64,000 bases of DNA from Thermoplasmata archaeon (GTDB lineage Archaea; Thermoplasmatota; Thermoplasmata; GCA-020350865), in NCBI GenBank assembly GCA_020348445.1, contig CP070751.1, positions 3,206,621-3,270,620 of the forward strand. The letters are read 5' to 3'. The translations under genes and the position numbers were made by a program. This document shows, piece by piece, positions 28,398-39,000 of this stretch. Numbering within the stretch: the first letter of the stretch is position 1; every line of letters starts with the position of its first letter. The notes beneath the pieces were generated by a model that saw only the letters and a list, made by a program, of their open reading frames with translations, was not told the DNA's origin and did no database searches.

Positions 28398-29099
28398 TTA
28401 TATCGCCTGGCCAGCTTGGAATTCAGCGTCTTTGAATTCTAGCGTGAAGTATCCGGTATTGTGATTCACGCCCCTCATTTTTACACATCTAATACGACGG
28501 GAAACATCCACTTCATTGACTCTTTCCATGGTCAAGAGAATGATGCCGTCAGCCAAGAACTCCTCTGGATATACCATGGTGGGATCAGGGGATATCTCAG
28601 CTATGATGAATGTGGTAACTTTCAAGTCTCTCAACCACTCAAAGAAATAGAATAGGTAGGCTCGTTCGTCCTCAATCTTCGATATCATTTCCACTACAGG
28701 CAATGAATCTATGACAAGCATATCGAAATTCAGGCTATCTTTCAGGTAAATAAGGTGTTTTTTCAGAACATCGAGCCATGGCCGCTCTTTTGTCATGTCC
28801 ACCTCTTTTCGTATCTTCGCCATATCGAGAATCGTTAGTTTGAGATCCTCGATATCGTGCTGCCCCAAACTTTCGATCTGAAACAGTAGGTTTTCCCTGC
28901 TCTGCTCCAATGAAACATAAATGCCCACAGAACCTTCATGTTTGATATTATTGTACAGAATGTTGTATGCCACAGATGATTTCATTGTGCCTGGTGTCCC
29001 TGATACGAGAATCAAATGGCCCTCTGGAATCCCTCCACCCAATTCCTCATCAAAACCCCTGATATAAGTCTTGTATTTACGCACCATGAAATCCACCAT
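28398..29099 (-). CDS. KaiC/RAD55-like RecA-superfamily ATPase
   Basis: GFDEELGGGIP, GTPGTMKS, LVIDSL, EFLADGII, VKMRG; start at MVDF or MVRK. Confidence 0.9.
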   Translation of the reverse strand: MVDFMVRKYKTYIRGFDEELGGGIPEGHLILVSGTPGTMKSSVAYNILYNNIKHEGSVGIYVSLEQSRENLLFQIESLGQHDIEDLKLTILDMAKIRKEVDMTKERPWLDVLKKHLIYLKDSLNFDMLVIDSLPVVEMISKIEDERAYLFYFFEWLRDLKVTTFIIAEISPDPTMVYPEEFLADGIILLTMERVNEVDVSRRIRCVKMRGVNHNTGYFTLEFKDAEFQAGQAI

Positions 29100-29452
29100 T
29101 ACTTTAAGAGATGTCAAATTATATAATTTTTTGTAGGAAATAAGAGCATAATCATAGATTGTCAAGGTTTTTAAAAGAAATATGCTCCATTTATTGATAC
29201 TTTACTGCCATCTGTACCCCTCCCTATTTTCATAAGAACCGTTACTTGAATTATAATACAATCAAAATAGATTAACTCTGACATATGTAATTGGTAACAG
29301 ACCTGATAACAATCACTGCTAATTCATATTACACTGATAACAAATCGTGTACAAAAAGGCTTTTAAAGGCAATAAATTATTCCCCTCATACCTCAGTGTT
29401 TTGCTTTCTGTTTGAAATACTGGGTGCACAATCTCGCTAGAAGGGATGCTCA

Positions 29453-31780
29453 ATGGAAACCTTAAATATAGAGATTAGCAATGGTACTCTCGGTATGAAG
29501 GAAGGACAAGATAGAAGTTCAAAGAAAAAATCCAAATCAAAAAGATTACCACTTACAGAAAATGCCATCAAGGTATTGGAAAGAAGATACCTAAAAAAAG
29601 ACGAGAGCGGTAAACCAATAGAGAAACCTGAGGATATGTTCCACAGGGTTTCTGAGAATATCGCCCAAGCTGATGCCACTTATGATGAGAAAGCCGATGT
29701 CAAATTCGTGGAATCAGAATTCTATGATATAATGAGCAAACTGGAATTTCTTCCTAACTCCCCAACACTCTTTAATGCAGGAAGGGAGCTTCAGGAGCTG
29801 TCTGCATGTTTTGTTTTACCTATTGAGGACTCCATGGACAGCATATTCGAGGCAATAAAGAGCACTGCACTGATACACAAAAGCGGGGGAGGAACTGGCT
29901 TCTCTTTCTCCAGGATCAGACCTAAAAACGATGTGGTCAAATCTACAAAAGGCGTTTCCTCAGGACCGATTTCATTTATGACGGTCTTTGATGCCGCAAC
30001 AGAGACTATAAAGCAGGGAGGCACAAGACGTGGTGCGAACATGGCAATCTTGCGGGTGGACCATCCTGATATCATGGAGTTCATAACCTGCAAGGAGGAT
30101 AATGACAAACTCAACAATTTCAATATATCTGTTGGAATGACAGAGGAGTTCATGAAGGCTGTTGCAGATAATAGGGATTACGACCTGGTAAATCCCCGCA
30201 CCAAAAAGGTGGTAGAAAGCCTAAATGCCAAGAAAGTCTTTGATAAGATCGCTGAGATGGCATGGAAAAACGGGGAACCTGGCATCGTATTTTTGGACAG
30301 GTTGAACAGGGATAATCCAACCCCAAAATTAGGTGAGATAGAAAGCACGAATCCATGCGGGGAGCAGCCTCTTTTACCCTACGAATCCTGCAATCTAGGT
30401 TCAATTAACCTATCGAAGATGGTGACCGATAAAGAGATAGACTGGAAGAAACTGGAAATTACTGTGAAATGCGCCGTGCACTTTCTTGATAATGTGATAA
30501 CAATGAACCACTTTCCCCTGGATAAAATAAAGGAGATGACAGAGGCCAATAGGAAGATAGGTTTAGGATTAATGGGATTTGCTGACACGCTCATAATGTT
30601 GGATATACCATATAATTCAAACGAGGCCATTGACCTGGCCGAGAAGTTGATGTCATTTATCAGTAAGAAGGCCAAGGAAATGTCGGCAGAACTGGCAGTG
30701 CAGAGAGGCCCATTTCCCAACTTCGAAGAGAGCATATACAATGTTAATGGGCAACCCAAATTAAGAAACGCCACCACCACCACCATCGCACCTACAGGAA
30801 GCATAGGCATAATCGCGGGCTGTTCCAGCGGAATAGAACCGCTGTTTGCAATCTCCTACATCAGGGCTAACGTGCTTAATGATGAGGAACTCATTGAGGT
30901 CAATCCATTGTTCGAGAAGATAGCAAAAGAAAGAGGTTTTTACTCAAAAGAGTTAATGGCCAAGATAGCGAAAAAAGGCTCTGTCCAAGGAATGGATGAG
31001 GTTCCAGAGAATGTCCAGAAAATCTTTGTAACTGCCCTTGATATCACCCCAAAGTGGCATATCAGGATGCAAGCAGCATTTCAAAAGTACGTTGATAATG
31101 CAGTTTCGAAGACCGTTAACTTTCCCAACAGCGCCACGACCCGCGACATCAAGAAGGTCTATCAACTGGCGTACGAACTTGGCTGCAAGGGTGTGACAGT
31201 CTACAGGGACGGAAGCAGAGAAAAGCAGGTATTGAACATAGGATCAGTTAAGGGAAAGCCGCAGACTGTAATCAAACCCAGACCAAGACCCATGATGATG
31301 CAGGGCACGACGATGCGAATCGATACCGGTTGTGGGAAACTGTATGTGACCATAAACGAGGACGAGCAAGGTTTATTTGAGGTGTTTGCCCAGATGGGTA
31401 AGTCAGGCGGCTGTGCTATGTCCCAATCCGAAGCAGTGGCCAGACTTATATCCCTGGCTTTAAGAGCGGGTGTGGATAAAGATGCAATTCTCAAACAGCT
31501 AAGAGGTATAAGATGTCCAGCACCCCTCTTATCAAAAGGAGGCGTGGTGCTCTCCTGTCCAGACGCCATGTCCAAGGCCATCGAAAGGCACATTAAAAAG
31601 AAAAGGGATATTGGTGAGGAAGACATTATAGAGCAGGCCACAACATTGGACAACTTCGTTGAGCACAAGGAAGGAAGCAACGTGGTTGGAGTATGTCCCG
31701 ACTGCGGAGGACCTCTGATATTTGAAGAAGGATGTTCAAAGTGTTTAAATAGGAGCTGCGGTTATACCAAGTGCGGATAA
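29453..31780 (+). CDS. nrdJ: Adenosylcobalamin-dependent class II ribonucleotide reductase with C-terminal TSCPD/Zn-ribbon domain
   Basis: PNSPTL, LSACFV, TNPCGEQ, TTIAPTG, CKGVTVYRDGSR; no ATP cone, no intein. Confidence 0.95.
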   Translation: METLNIEISNGTLGMKEGQDRSSKKKSKSKRLPLTENAIKVLERRYLKKDESGKPIEKPEDMFHRVSENIAQADATYDEKADVKFVESEFYDIMSKLEFLPNSPTLFNAGRELQELSACFVLPIEDSMDSIFEAIKSTALIHKSGGGTGFSFSRIRPKNDVVKSTKGVSSGPISFMTVFDAATETIKQGGTRRGANMAILRVDHPDIMEFITCKEDNDKLNNFNISVGMTEEFMKAVADNRDYDLVNPRTKKVVESLNAKKVFDKIAEMAWKNGEPGIVFLDRLNRDNPTPKLGEIESTNPCGEQPLLPYESCNLGSINLSKMVTDKEIDWKKLEITVKCAVHFLDNVITMNHFPLDKIKEMTEANRKIGLGLMGFADTLIMLDIPYNSNEAIDLAEKLMSFISKKAKEMSAELAVQRGPFPNFEESIYNVNGQPKLRNATTTTIAPTGSIGIIAGCSSGIEPLFAISYIRANVLNDEELIEVNPLFEKIAKERGFYSKELMAKIAKKGSVQGMDEVPENVQKIFVTALDITPKWHIRMQAAFQKYVDNAVSKTVNFPNSATTRDIKKVYQLAYELGCKGVTVYRDGSREKQVLNIGSVKGKPQTVIKPRPRPMMMQGTTMRIDTGCGKLYVTINEDEQGLFEVFAQMGKSGGCAMSQSEAVARLISLALRAGVDKDAILKQLRGIRCPAPLLSKGGVVLSCPDAMSKAIERHIKKKRDIGEEDIIEQATTLDNFVEHKEGSNVVGVCPDCGGPLIFEEGCSKCLNRSCGYTKCG

Positions 31781-31857
31781 ATCAACTCGCAATAAAATTA
31801 TATCAGTCTTTACCTATACGGGGGTATAAATAACATCATAATATTCACGGTGTATTC

Positions 31858-32340
31858 ATGAAGAGAGTGGCGAAAGTCCGTTTGAGGGAGCTGAAAGGGT
31901 CTGGGTATACCTGTCCTGTTTGCAAAGAGGGGGAGCTCATCGAGATCAAAAGCGAAAAGAACTTTGGCAACATCAATATAAAGTTCAAAACCCAAGATAA
32001 GATAGGTTTTGAGTTTTCCTGCGATATCAAGAACAACTATTTCTTTTTATGCAAAAACGAAAGATGTAGGGCCAGGTTTGAGAGAACCTCCTGGCGGAAA
32101 GGAGAGAAGAAGGTGGGACCTCCGTGCCCCACCGGCAAATGTGAAGGCTCATTGAACACATATAAGAACGTTCCCGTTGCAAAGGTACATCCCAAAAAGG
32201 ATGCTGATAAGGTTGTCCTGATAGTTGGTAAAAACGAGCCTCTATACTTTAAGATAATTTCAGGTCAACTTTCATACGATGAAGCTGGAATTTGCACAAA
32301 ATGCCACGTTGTCGGGCCAAAGGAGATAGATTTAAGGTGA
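31858..32340 (+). CDS. Zinc-ribbon protein (paralog C)
   Basis: YTCPVC...LSYDEAGICTKC. Confidence 0.8.
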   Translation: MKRVAKVRLRELKGSGYTCPVCKEGELIEIKSEKNFGNINIKFKTQDKIGFEFSCDIKNNYFFLCKNERCRARFERTSWRKGEKKVGPPCPTGKCEGSLNTYKNVPVAKVHPKKDADKVVLIVGKNEPLYFKIISGQLSYDEAGICTKCHVVGPKEIDLR

Positions 32341-32346
32341 AATTGG

Positions 32347-32889
32347 ATGATAAAAGCAAAGAAGACACCATACACATGCCCTGTCTGCGAAAGTAAGAAG
32401 TACAAGCTGCTGGTAATTATGGGGTCAATGGACTATGGGGATGTGAAGGTGCTCTTAAATCCTGCTGAGGGATCTGAAAGAAAAGTCTGGTTGGAGTTCG
32501 ATATTAGGGAAAATAATTTTTACTACTGTGCAAACTGTAAGATGCGGTTCAGCAGAGTGGATCCCACCAAACTCCCAAAATACAAAGGAAAAAGGATTCC
32601 TGGGATATTTTCTGAATGCATACTAAAGGAATGCAGGGATAAATATGGCGGGAGGCTTGGAACATACAAAGAAGTGGTGGTGGGAGAGATCTATGTAAAG
32701 GGCGAGGATCCAAGGATCACGAGACGAAGGAAACGTATCAGGGAGCTTCTGCATAAGGCGGATTTAGAGGAGATACCAGACGCAGTTGACAATTTTTTAA
32801 AGGAATTCTCCGGCGAGTTCACACTTGATCAGGCAGGAATATGCAGCGAGTGCGGGATCGTCGTGCCAAGAGAAGTCGATTTGAAATGA
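32347..32889 (+). CDS. Zinc-ribbon protein (paralog D)
   Basis: YTCPVC...FTLDQAGICSEC. Confidence 0.8.
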   Translation: MIKAKKTPYTCPVCESKKYKLLVIMGSMDYGDVKVLLNPAEGSERKVWLEFDIRENNFYYCANCKMRFSRVDPTKLPKYKGKRIPGIFSECILKECRDKYGGRLGTYKEVVVGEIYVKGEDPRITRRRKRIRELLHKADLEEIPDAVDNFLKEFSGEFTLDQAGICSECGIVVPREVDLK

Positions 32890-33042
32890 TTTGTTTTAAT
32901 AAAAAACAAATTGATCACAATTGTTATATATAATACAAAATCTCCTATTATATTGACGAAATCGGTCATATTTTCAAGGTTTTCCGTAATAAATATTAAA
33001 TATCCATGATTCTATATTATCATCCCATTAGGAGGGAGTTTA

Positions 33043-36000
33043 ATGGTAAAAGATACGAGATTTAGAACTTTAAAGAGCGTGAGCGCGATTTTTGCAGTGT
33101 TTTGTGCTGCAGTCCTGGTTTCTGCGAGCTTTGCAGGCGTTGTAGAAACGGAGTTCACAGAGACTCAGGATTCAGAAGAACAACAGATATCAGATGTTGT
33201 GAAAGACCAAACAGAACTGGAGGATATGGGAACAGAAATGTGGGGTCCCGTGCTTCTTGGGCCAAACGAACCTCCTGTTGCCAATGCCGGACCTATGATA
33301 ACTGTGGATACTAATGAAGTTGTACAGTTCGACGGCTCTGATTCGAATGACCCTGACGGTTCCATTGTCAGTTACAAATGGTACTTCCAGGATGACAGCA
33401 CTGGATCCGGAGTGAATCCCACGCATTCATACACAAAAGAGGGTTTCTATAACGTGATTCTTGTTGTGGAGGATAACAATGGGGCAACTGATCAAGATTC
33501 TGTTCTCATCACGGTCCATAATGTGTATCCAGATGCACATACAAGTATAGATGTGACTGCGTATGAGGATGAGCTTGTTACCTTCGATGCCAGCGGTTCC
33601 CTGGATACTCCATCAGATCAGTCAACTCTAACCTATGTATGGGACTTTGGAGATGGCTCTATTGGAGTTGGAAAGATCATGACTCATACCTATACCATAT
33701 CAGGATTGTACACTGTCATACTTTCAGTACTGGATAATGATGCAGTCCTTGACAGAGATATCATGACGGTTTCTGTTGAGAATCTACCACCTGTTGCGGA
33801 TGCAGGACCCGATCAAATTGTCGACGAAGACAGTTTGGTATTATTTGACGGAAGTGGCTCAACCGATACCCCCTCGGATCTACCGGGTCTTAGTTATTCA
33901 TGGGACTTTGGTGATGGTCACATAGGAACAGGTGTCAGTCCGAGCCATCTCTATTCCAGAGAGGGAACTTATACAGTCTATCTTACAGTTCATGACTGCG
34001 GTGATTGTGTCAGTGATGTCGACTCTCTGATAGTTATAGTAAACAACTTGCAGCCCGCCGCAGATGCAGGACCAGATCAAACTGTCAATGAAGATCAATT
34101 GGTGTTCTTCAGTGGCGCAGGTCAGGATTCGGCATCGGACTATCCTATACTTTCATATGCCTGGAATTTCGGTGATGGTACAGTAGGCTTTGGAAAAAAT
34201 CCCACCCATGCATTTCAGGATCAGGGAACATATACAGTTACCTTAACCGTTGTAGATGACAACGGAGAGTTTGGTCAGGATACCATGTTCGTTACAGTTG
34301 TGAACTTGGGACCTGTGGTGGATGCTGGACCTGATGTGGAGGTAAACGAGGATGTCCCTGTTCAGTTCATGGGTTATGCCTATGATACTCCATCCGATGA
34401 ACAGTCCTTCTCATATTCATGGGATTACGGGGATGGCAGCACTGGATCTGGAGAATATACCACCTATACATACACAACCCAAGGAACGTATACAGTTACT
34501 CTAACAGTTATGGACGATGATTCGGAGATCGGCACAGATACCTTGACCGTAACTGTCAAGAACATACCACCCACGGTGGTCGTTACTTACACATCACCAT
34601 GTCCAATTATTATTGCGGGTGATATGCTGACTTTCGATGCTATGGTTTTTGACTCTCCGTCCGATATGGCTACCCTGACATTCACCTGGGACTTTGGTGA
34701 TGGTACTATTGTGACAGGAGCACCCCCTGTTACACATGCATACGCAAACCCCGGTATCTACAAAGTCACCTTGACAGTTACAGATGATGATGGAGCTGTT
34801 GGGCAGGATATTGTAGTAATTGTTGTAGAGGAGCATTCAATGGAGTTGGAAATCATTCCATTAGTGTACGAAGTAATGCCTGGCGAGACTGCTGAATACA
34901 TAATAATTCTCAGAAATACTGGGACCATAGATGATGCCTATACCCTCACACTCACAACGTCTACAGATCCATTGTGGGCCGGTTGCCCGCCTTGTAAATT
35001 CCATCTTGGAGTAGAACAAATTTTAGTTCCGGCAAAGAGCGAGAGAAGGATAGCATTGCCTTTCACGCCACTCGAAAACCTTCCATTGGATGCTGATACC
35101 ACACTTGGATTTGAGGTTACTGCTACCTGCGTTCATCAAGCCAATGAGGTTAGTAATGCCCCCCTGTTTGATTCTGCAGGTGATGACCTAATAATTATCG
35201 CAACATATGAAAGCAGATTGAGATGGGCCCAGGTTGAAATCGAGAGCCTGATTACAGACTTCTCTGGAGGCAATCCCACAGATGCCACGCTTTTGAAAGC
35301 TCTGGAGGAGGTAAGCGAGGCTCTGTTCTTTTCATCAACATCTGACTCCCCGGACTTTAACTACGTGATGTCCATTGAACATGTGAAGGCTGGCCTTCAT
35401 AACCTGGAGACAACAAGTGGTTCAGTTCCAACAGGTGTAATCATTGATCTATTATTGATAGCAGTGGACAATATGGTAGAAGATACAATTACCACAGCAG
35501 AAATTCAAGCAGGACCAAGTAACATCCATGTTATGGATGCTTGGAATCTTCATACCACTGCTCAGGGAAGGATCGCTGTAGGCGATATCGAAAATGGAAT
35601 GGAGCAGTACAAGAACGCATATATGGAAGCTGAAAGGGCCGAGGGCGAATGGGTACCCCGGGAATATGCGGATGCTCTTACGCAGGCAATAAGTGACATC
35701 AATATTCTGCTTTTAGGCCCATATTCTGCACCAGCATTAAATAAATTACAGATGGCAGAGGATGAGTTGATTGCGGCACAAGGTAAAATCGGGTATGGAC
35801 TGATGAAGGACTCATTTATAAATGTAAAAAACGCGATTCAGCATCTTCAAGTTGCAGAAACCCAGGGTGCACCCACAGCAAGCATTATGCTGGATCTAAC
35901 AAATGCAATAGAAAGCACAACTGAGATGTTGATAACCGAGACCGAGACACATGTGGGCATGGAGGTAAACGACATAAAGCAAGCATGGAGCAAGTTCTAT

Positions 36001-39000
36001 CAGGGCAAGTCCTTTGCCATGGTAGGTCAATACCTCCAAGCCATAGATAAATACGACGGAGCCTACAAACATGCCCTTTTAGCAGAGGACTGGATTCCAA
36101 TTGCAGATGCAGGAGCAGATCAAACTGCAATCGAGGATGATGTGGTTTACTTTGATGCATCAAACTCAAGGGACAGAGACGGTATTGTGCTCTTCTATGA
36201 GTGGAACTTTGGGGACGGATGCACTGAATATGGAGTCTTTACAAGTCATGCCTACAAGGATGCTGGACCTTACATTGTGACGTTGTTGATAACCGACAAT
36301 GAAGGTCTCAAGGACATTGACACAATGGTCGTAACTGTTCACAATGTTGCCCCAACTGCTGATATCGTTTTGAATTATCTTCCAGCGAGCTCTTCACCAC
36401 CCAATACCGTGTATATGGATGATGTAATACTCTTTGATGCGATATACTCAGACACTCCATCTGACCTACCGGGCTTGATAATTAAGTGGGATTTTGGTGA
36501 CGATACAATTGGCTTCGGTGCTCATATCCACCATGCTTATACGGCCCCAGGGACCTTTTTGGTGACTCTCACTGTCTTTGATGAGGATGGTGATTTCGGA
36601 TCTGCAACTGAGATAATCACTGTAAAAAATGTCATTCCAGAGGCAGTAGTCACCTTTTCCCAGATCGCTTTCGAGGATGAGGTCGTGTATCTAAGTGGTT
36701 ACGGCCATGATTCTCCCTCTGATATGGACACCCTAACCTACTCCTGGGACTTTGGAGACGGTACAACTGGGATGGGCAAGGATGTTATACATGTGTACAC
36801 TGACGAAGGAATCTATACTGTGACCCTTACTGTAACGGATATTCATGGAGGTTCGGGTTCCAGCACCATCACTGTCTCTGTTATAAATCCACCTCCTATG
36901 GCAGATGCTGGATGGATACAATATAGTAAAGAAGACAGCACAGTGAATTTCCTTGGTACTGGTTCGGACACTCCCTCAGATAAATCCTCTTTGACCTATT
37001 CTTGGGAATTCGGCGATGGGACAAGCGCAAGTGGAGCTGCTCAATCCCATGTCTACTCACTCTCGGGAGCGTACATGGTAACCCTGACCGTAACTGATGA
37101 TGACGGGGACATAGGTGTGGACAGAATACCTGTTTTTGTGGAGAATGTGGAGCCAACTGCAAATGCTGGACCCGATCAGATTGTAAATGAAGACGATGTT
37201 GTGGTCTTTGGTCCGGGCGGCTCGGACTCGTCTTCAGACATTTCATCCCTCCAGTATTATATGTGTGTATGCCCAAAGTGCGTGGGATTAGGAACCTCCC
37301 ACATCCATGTTTACAATCTAAAAGGTGTATACACTGTAATCCTCACGGTTGTGGATGATGATGGAGCAGAGGCTTACGATGAGATGACAGTTACAGTTAA
37401 CAACGTTGCACCTGTTGCCTACGCAGGATCTGATGTGACAGTGAATGAGAATGAACTCGTATTCTTCAGTGGCTCAGCAACAGATACTCCCTCTGATCAT
37501 CCATTGCTCGAATATGCATGGGACTATGATGGAGATGGAGATACAGAGGCATTTGGAAGGGAGGTTATGCACGCCTTTGAATCTTCAGGTACATACACGG
37601 TAACTCTGATTGTAACCGATAATGATGGCGCAGTAAGTACAGATACAGTTACAGTAACAGTGGACAATTTGGTACCAACTGCCTACGCAGGACCCGATCT
37701 TGTAGTCACTGGAGGAGCAAGGTATTTGGATTTCCATGGATTGGGCTTTGACACTCCCTCAGATCAATATTCGCTTGCGTACTCCTGGAATTTCGGAGAT
37801 GGAGGAACTGCAACTGGGGAATATGTAAGGCATCTTTACAGTTCAGGAGGAACCTACACCGTAACTCTAACTGTGACAGACAACGACGGTGCCACTGCTA
37901 CAGATACTGCCATAATAATGATACTGCTCGACTCTGATGAGGATGGATTACCTGACTACTGGGAGATTTTATACGGACTCGATCCAAATGATCCAGATGG
38001 AGACAATGGCGGGCAGGGAGACCCAGACGGTGACGATTTGACAAATCTCGAGGAATACGGCTATGGCACACATCCAAAGAACCGCGATACAGATGGTGAC
38101 AGTCACAACAACAACTTCTGGGACGGAGCAGAAATCGCTTACTGGTTATCTAAGGGAAAGACAGATGATCAAGCAGGAACAAACGCCAATACCTGGGATG
38201 TCGATGGAGATGGTATGCCGGACGGATGGGAGGTGTGGTACGCACAGAACCCGGCATCTGGAGCAGCCTACAATCTGCTAAATCCAGATAATTACGGGGA
38301 TAGAAATCAAGACCCTGATGGGGACGGGCTGACAAATATCCAGGAGTATAATGCTGGTACAGATCCCACCAACCCAGATACAGATGGCGATGGAATGCCA
38401 GATGGCTGGGAGGTAACATACGGACTCAATCCCCTCTGGTATTGGGATCGCTACGGGGACATGGATAGCGATGGTTTGAACAATATCAAGGAGTACCAGC
38501 ATGGCACAAATCCCACTAATCCTGATACTGACGGCGATACCATGGCCGACGGCTGGGAGGTTACTTATGGATTGGATCCCACTTCCCCCGGAGATAAAAA
38601 TGGAGATTCTGATGACGACGGCCTGAAAAATTACCAGGAATACGCTCTTAGGGGAAAGGGTGCCAAACCAAATTACAAAGATCTATTTGTCGAAATAGAC
38701 TATATGTCAGGGCACAAACCCCGGGATTCTGTTCTGGATTACATAGAAGACTACTACTCAGATCGGGGAATTCATTTGCTCTTTGAAGTTGATGAGCAGG
38801 TTCCCCATGACAGCTCCATGACAAGTGCCGAATGGGATTCCTATCATTCCACATACCTTGATAATGTTGGTACCCATAAACATGTGATTTTCATGCACAA
38901 ATATCATGACGGTTCACTCGGAGTATGCACATTACCAATACCCGATGATCAAACTATAATTGCAGATCAGGAATGCGAGGATTGGGTGCTCCAACATAAT

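Noticed and set aside
29453-31780. Intein or riboswitch associated with nrdJ
   Set aside because: Catalytic motifs are contiguous with no insert, and no cobalamin-riboswitch consensus was seen upstream.
32338-32349. Zinc-ribbon genes C and D are in the same frame, separated by TGA-AAT-TGG; possible Sec/readthrough fusion
   Set aside because: The TGA is part of an AGGTGA RBS for the next ATG, each gene is a complete family member, and no SECIS-like element was seen.
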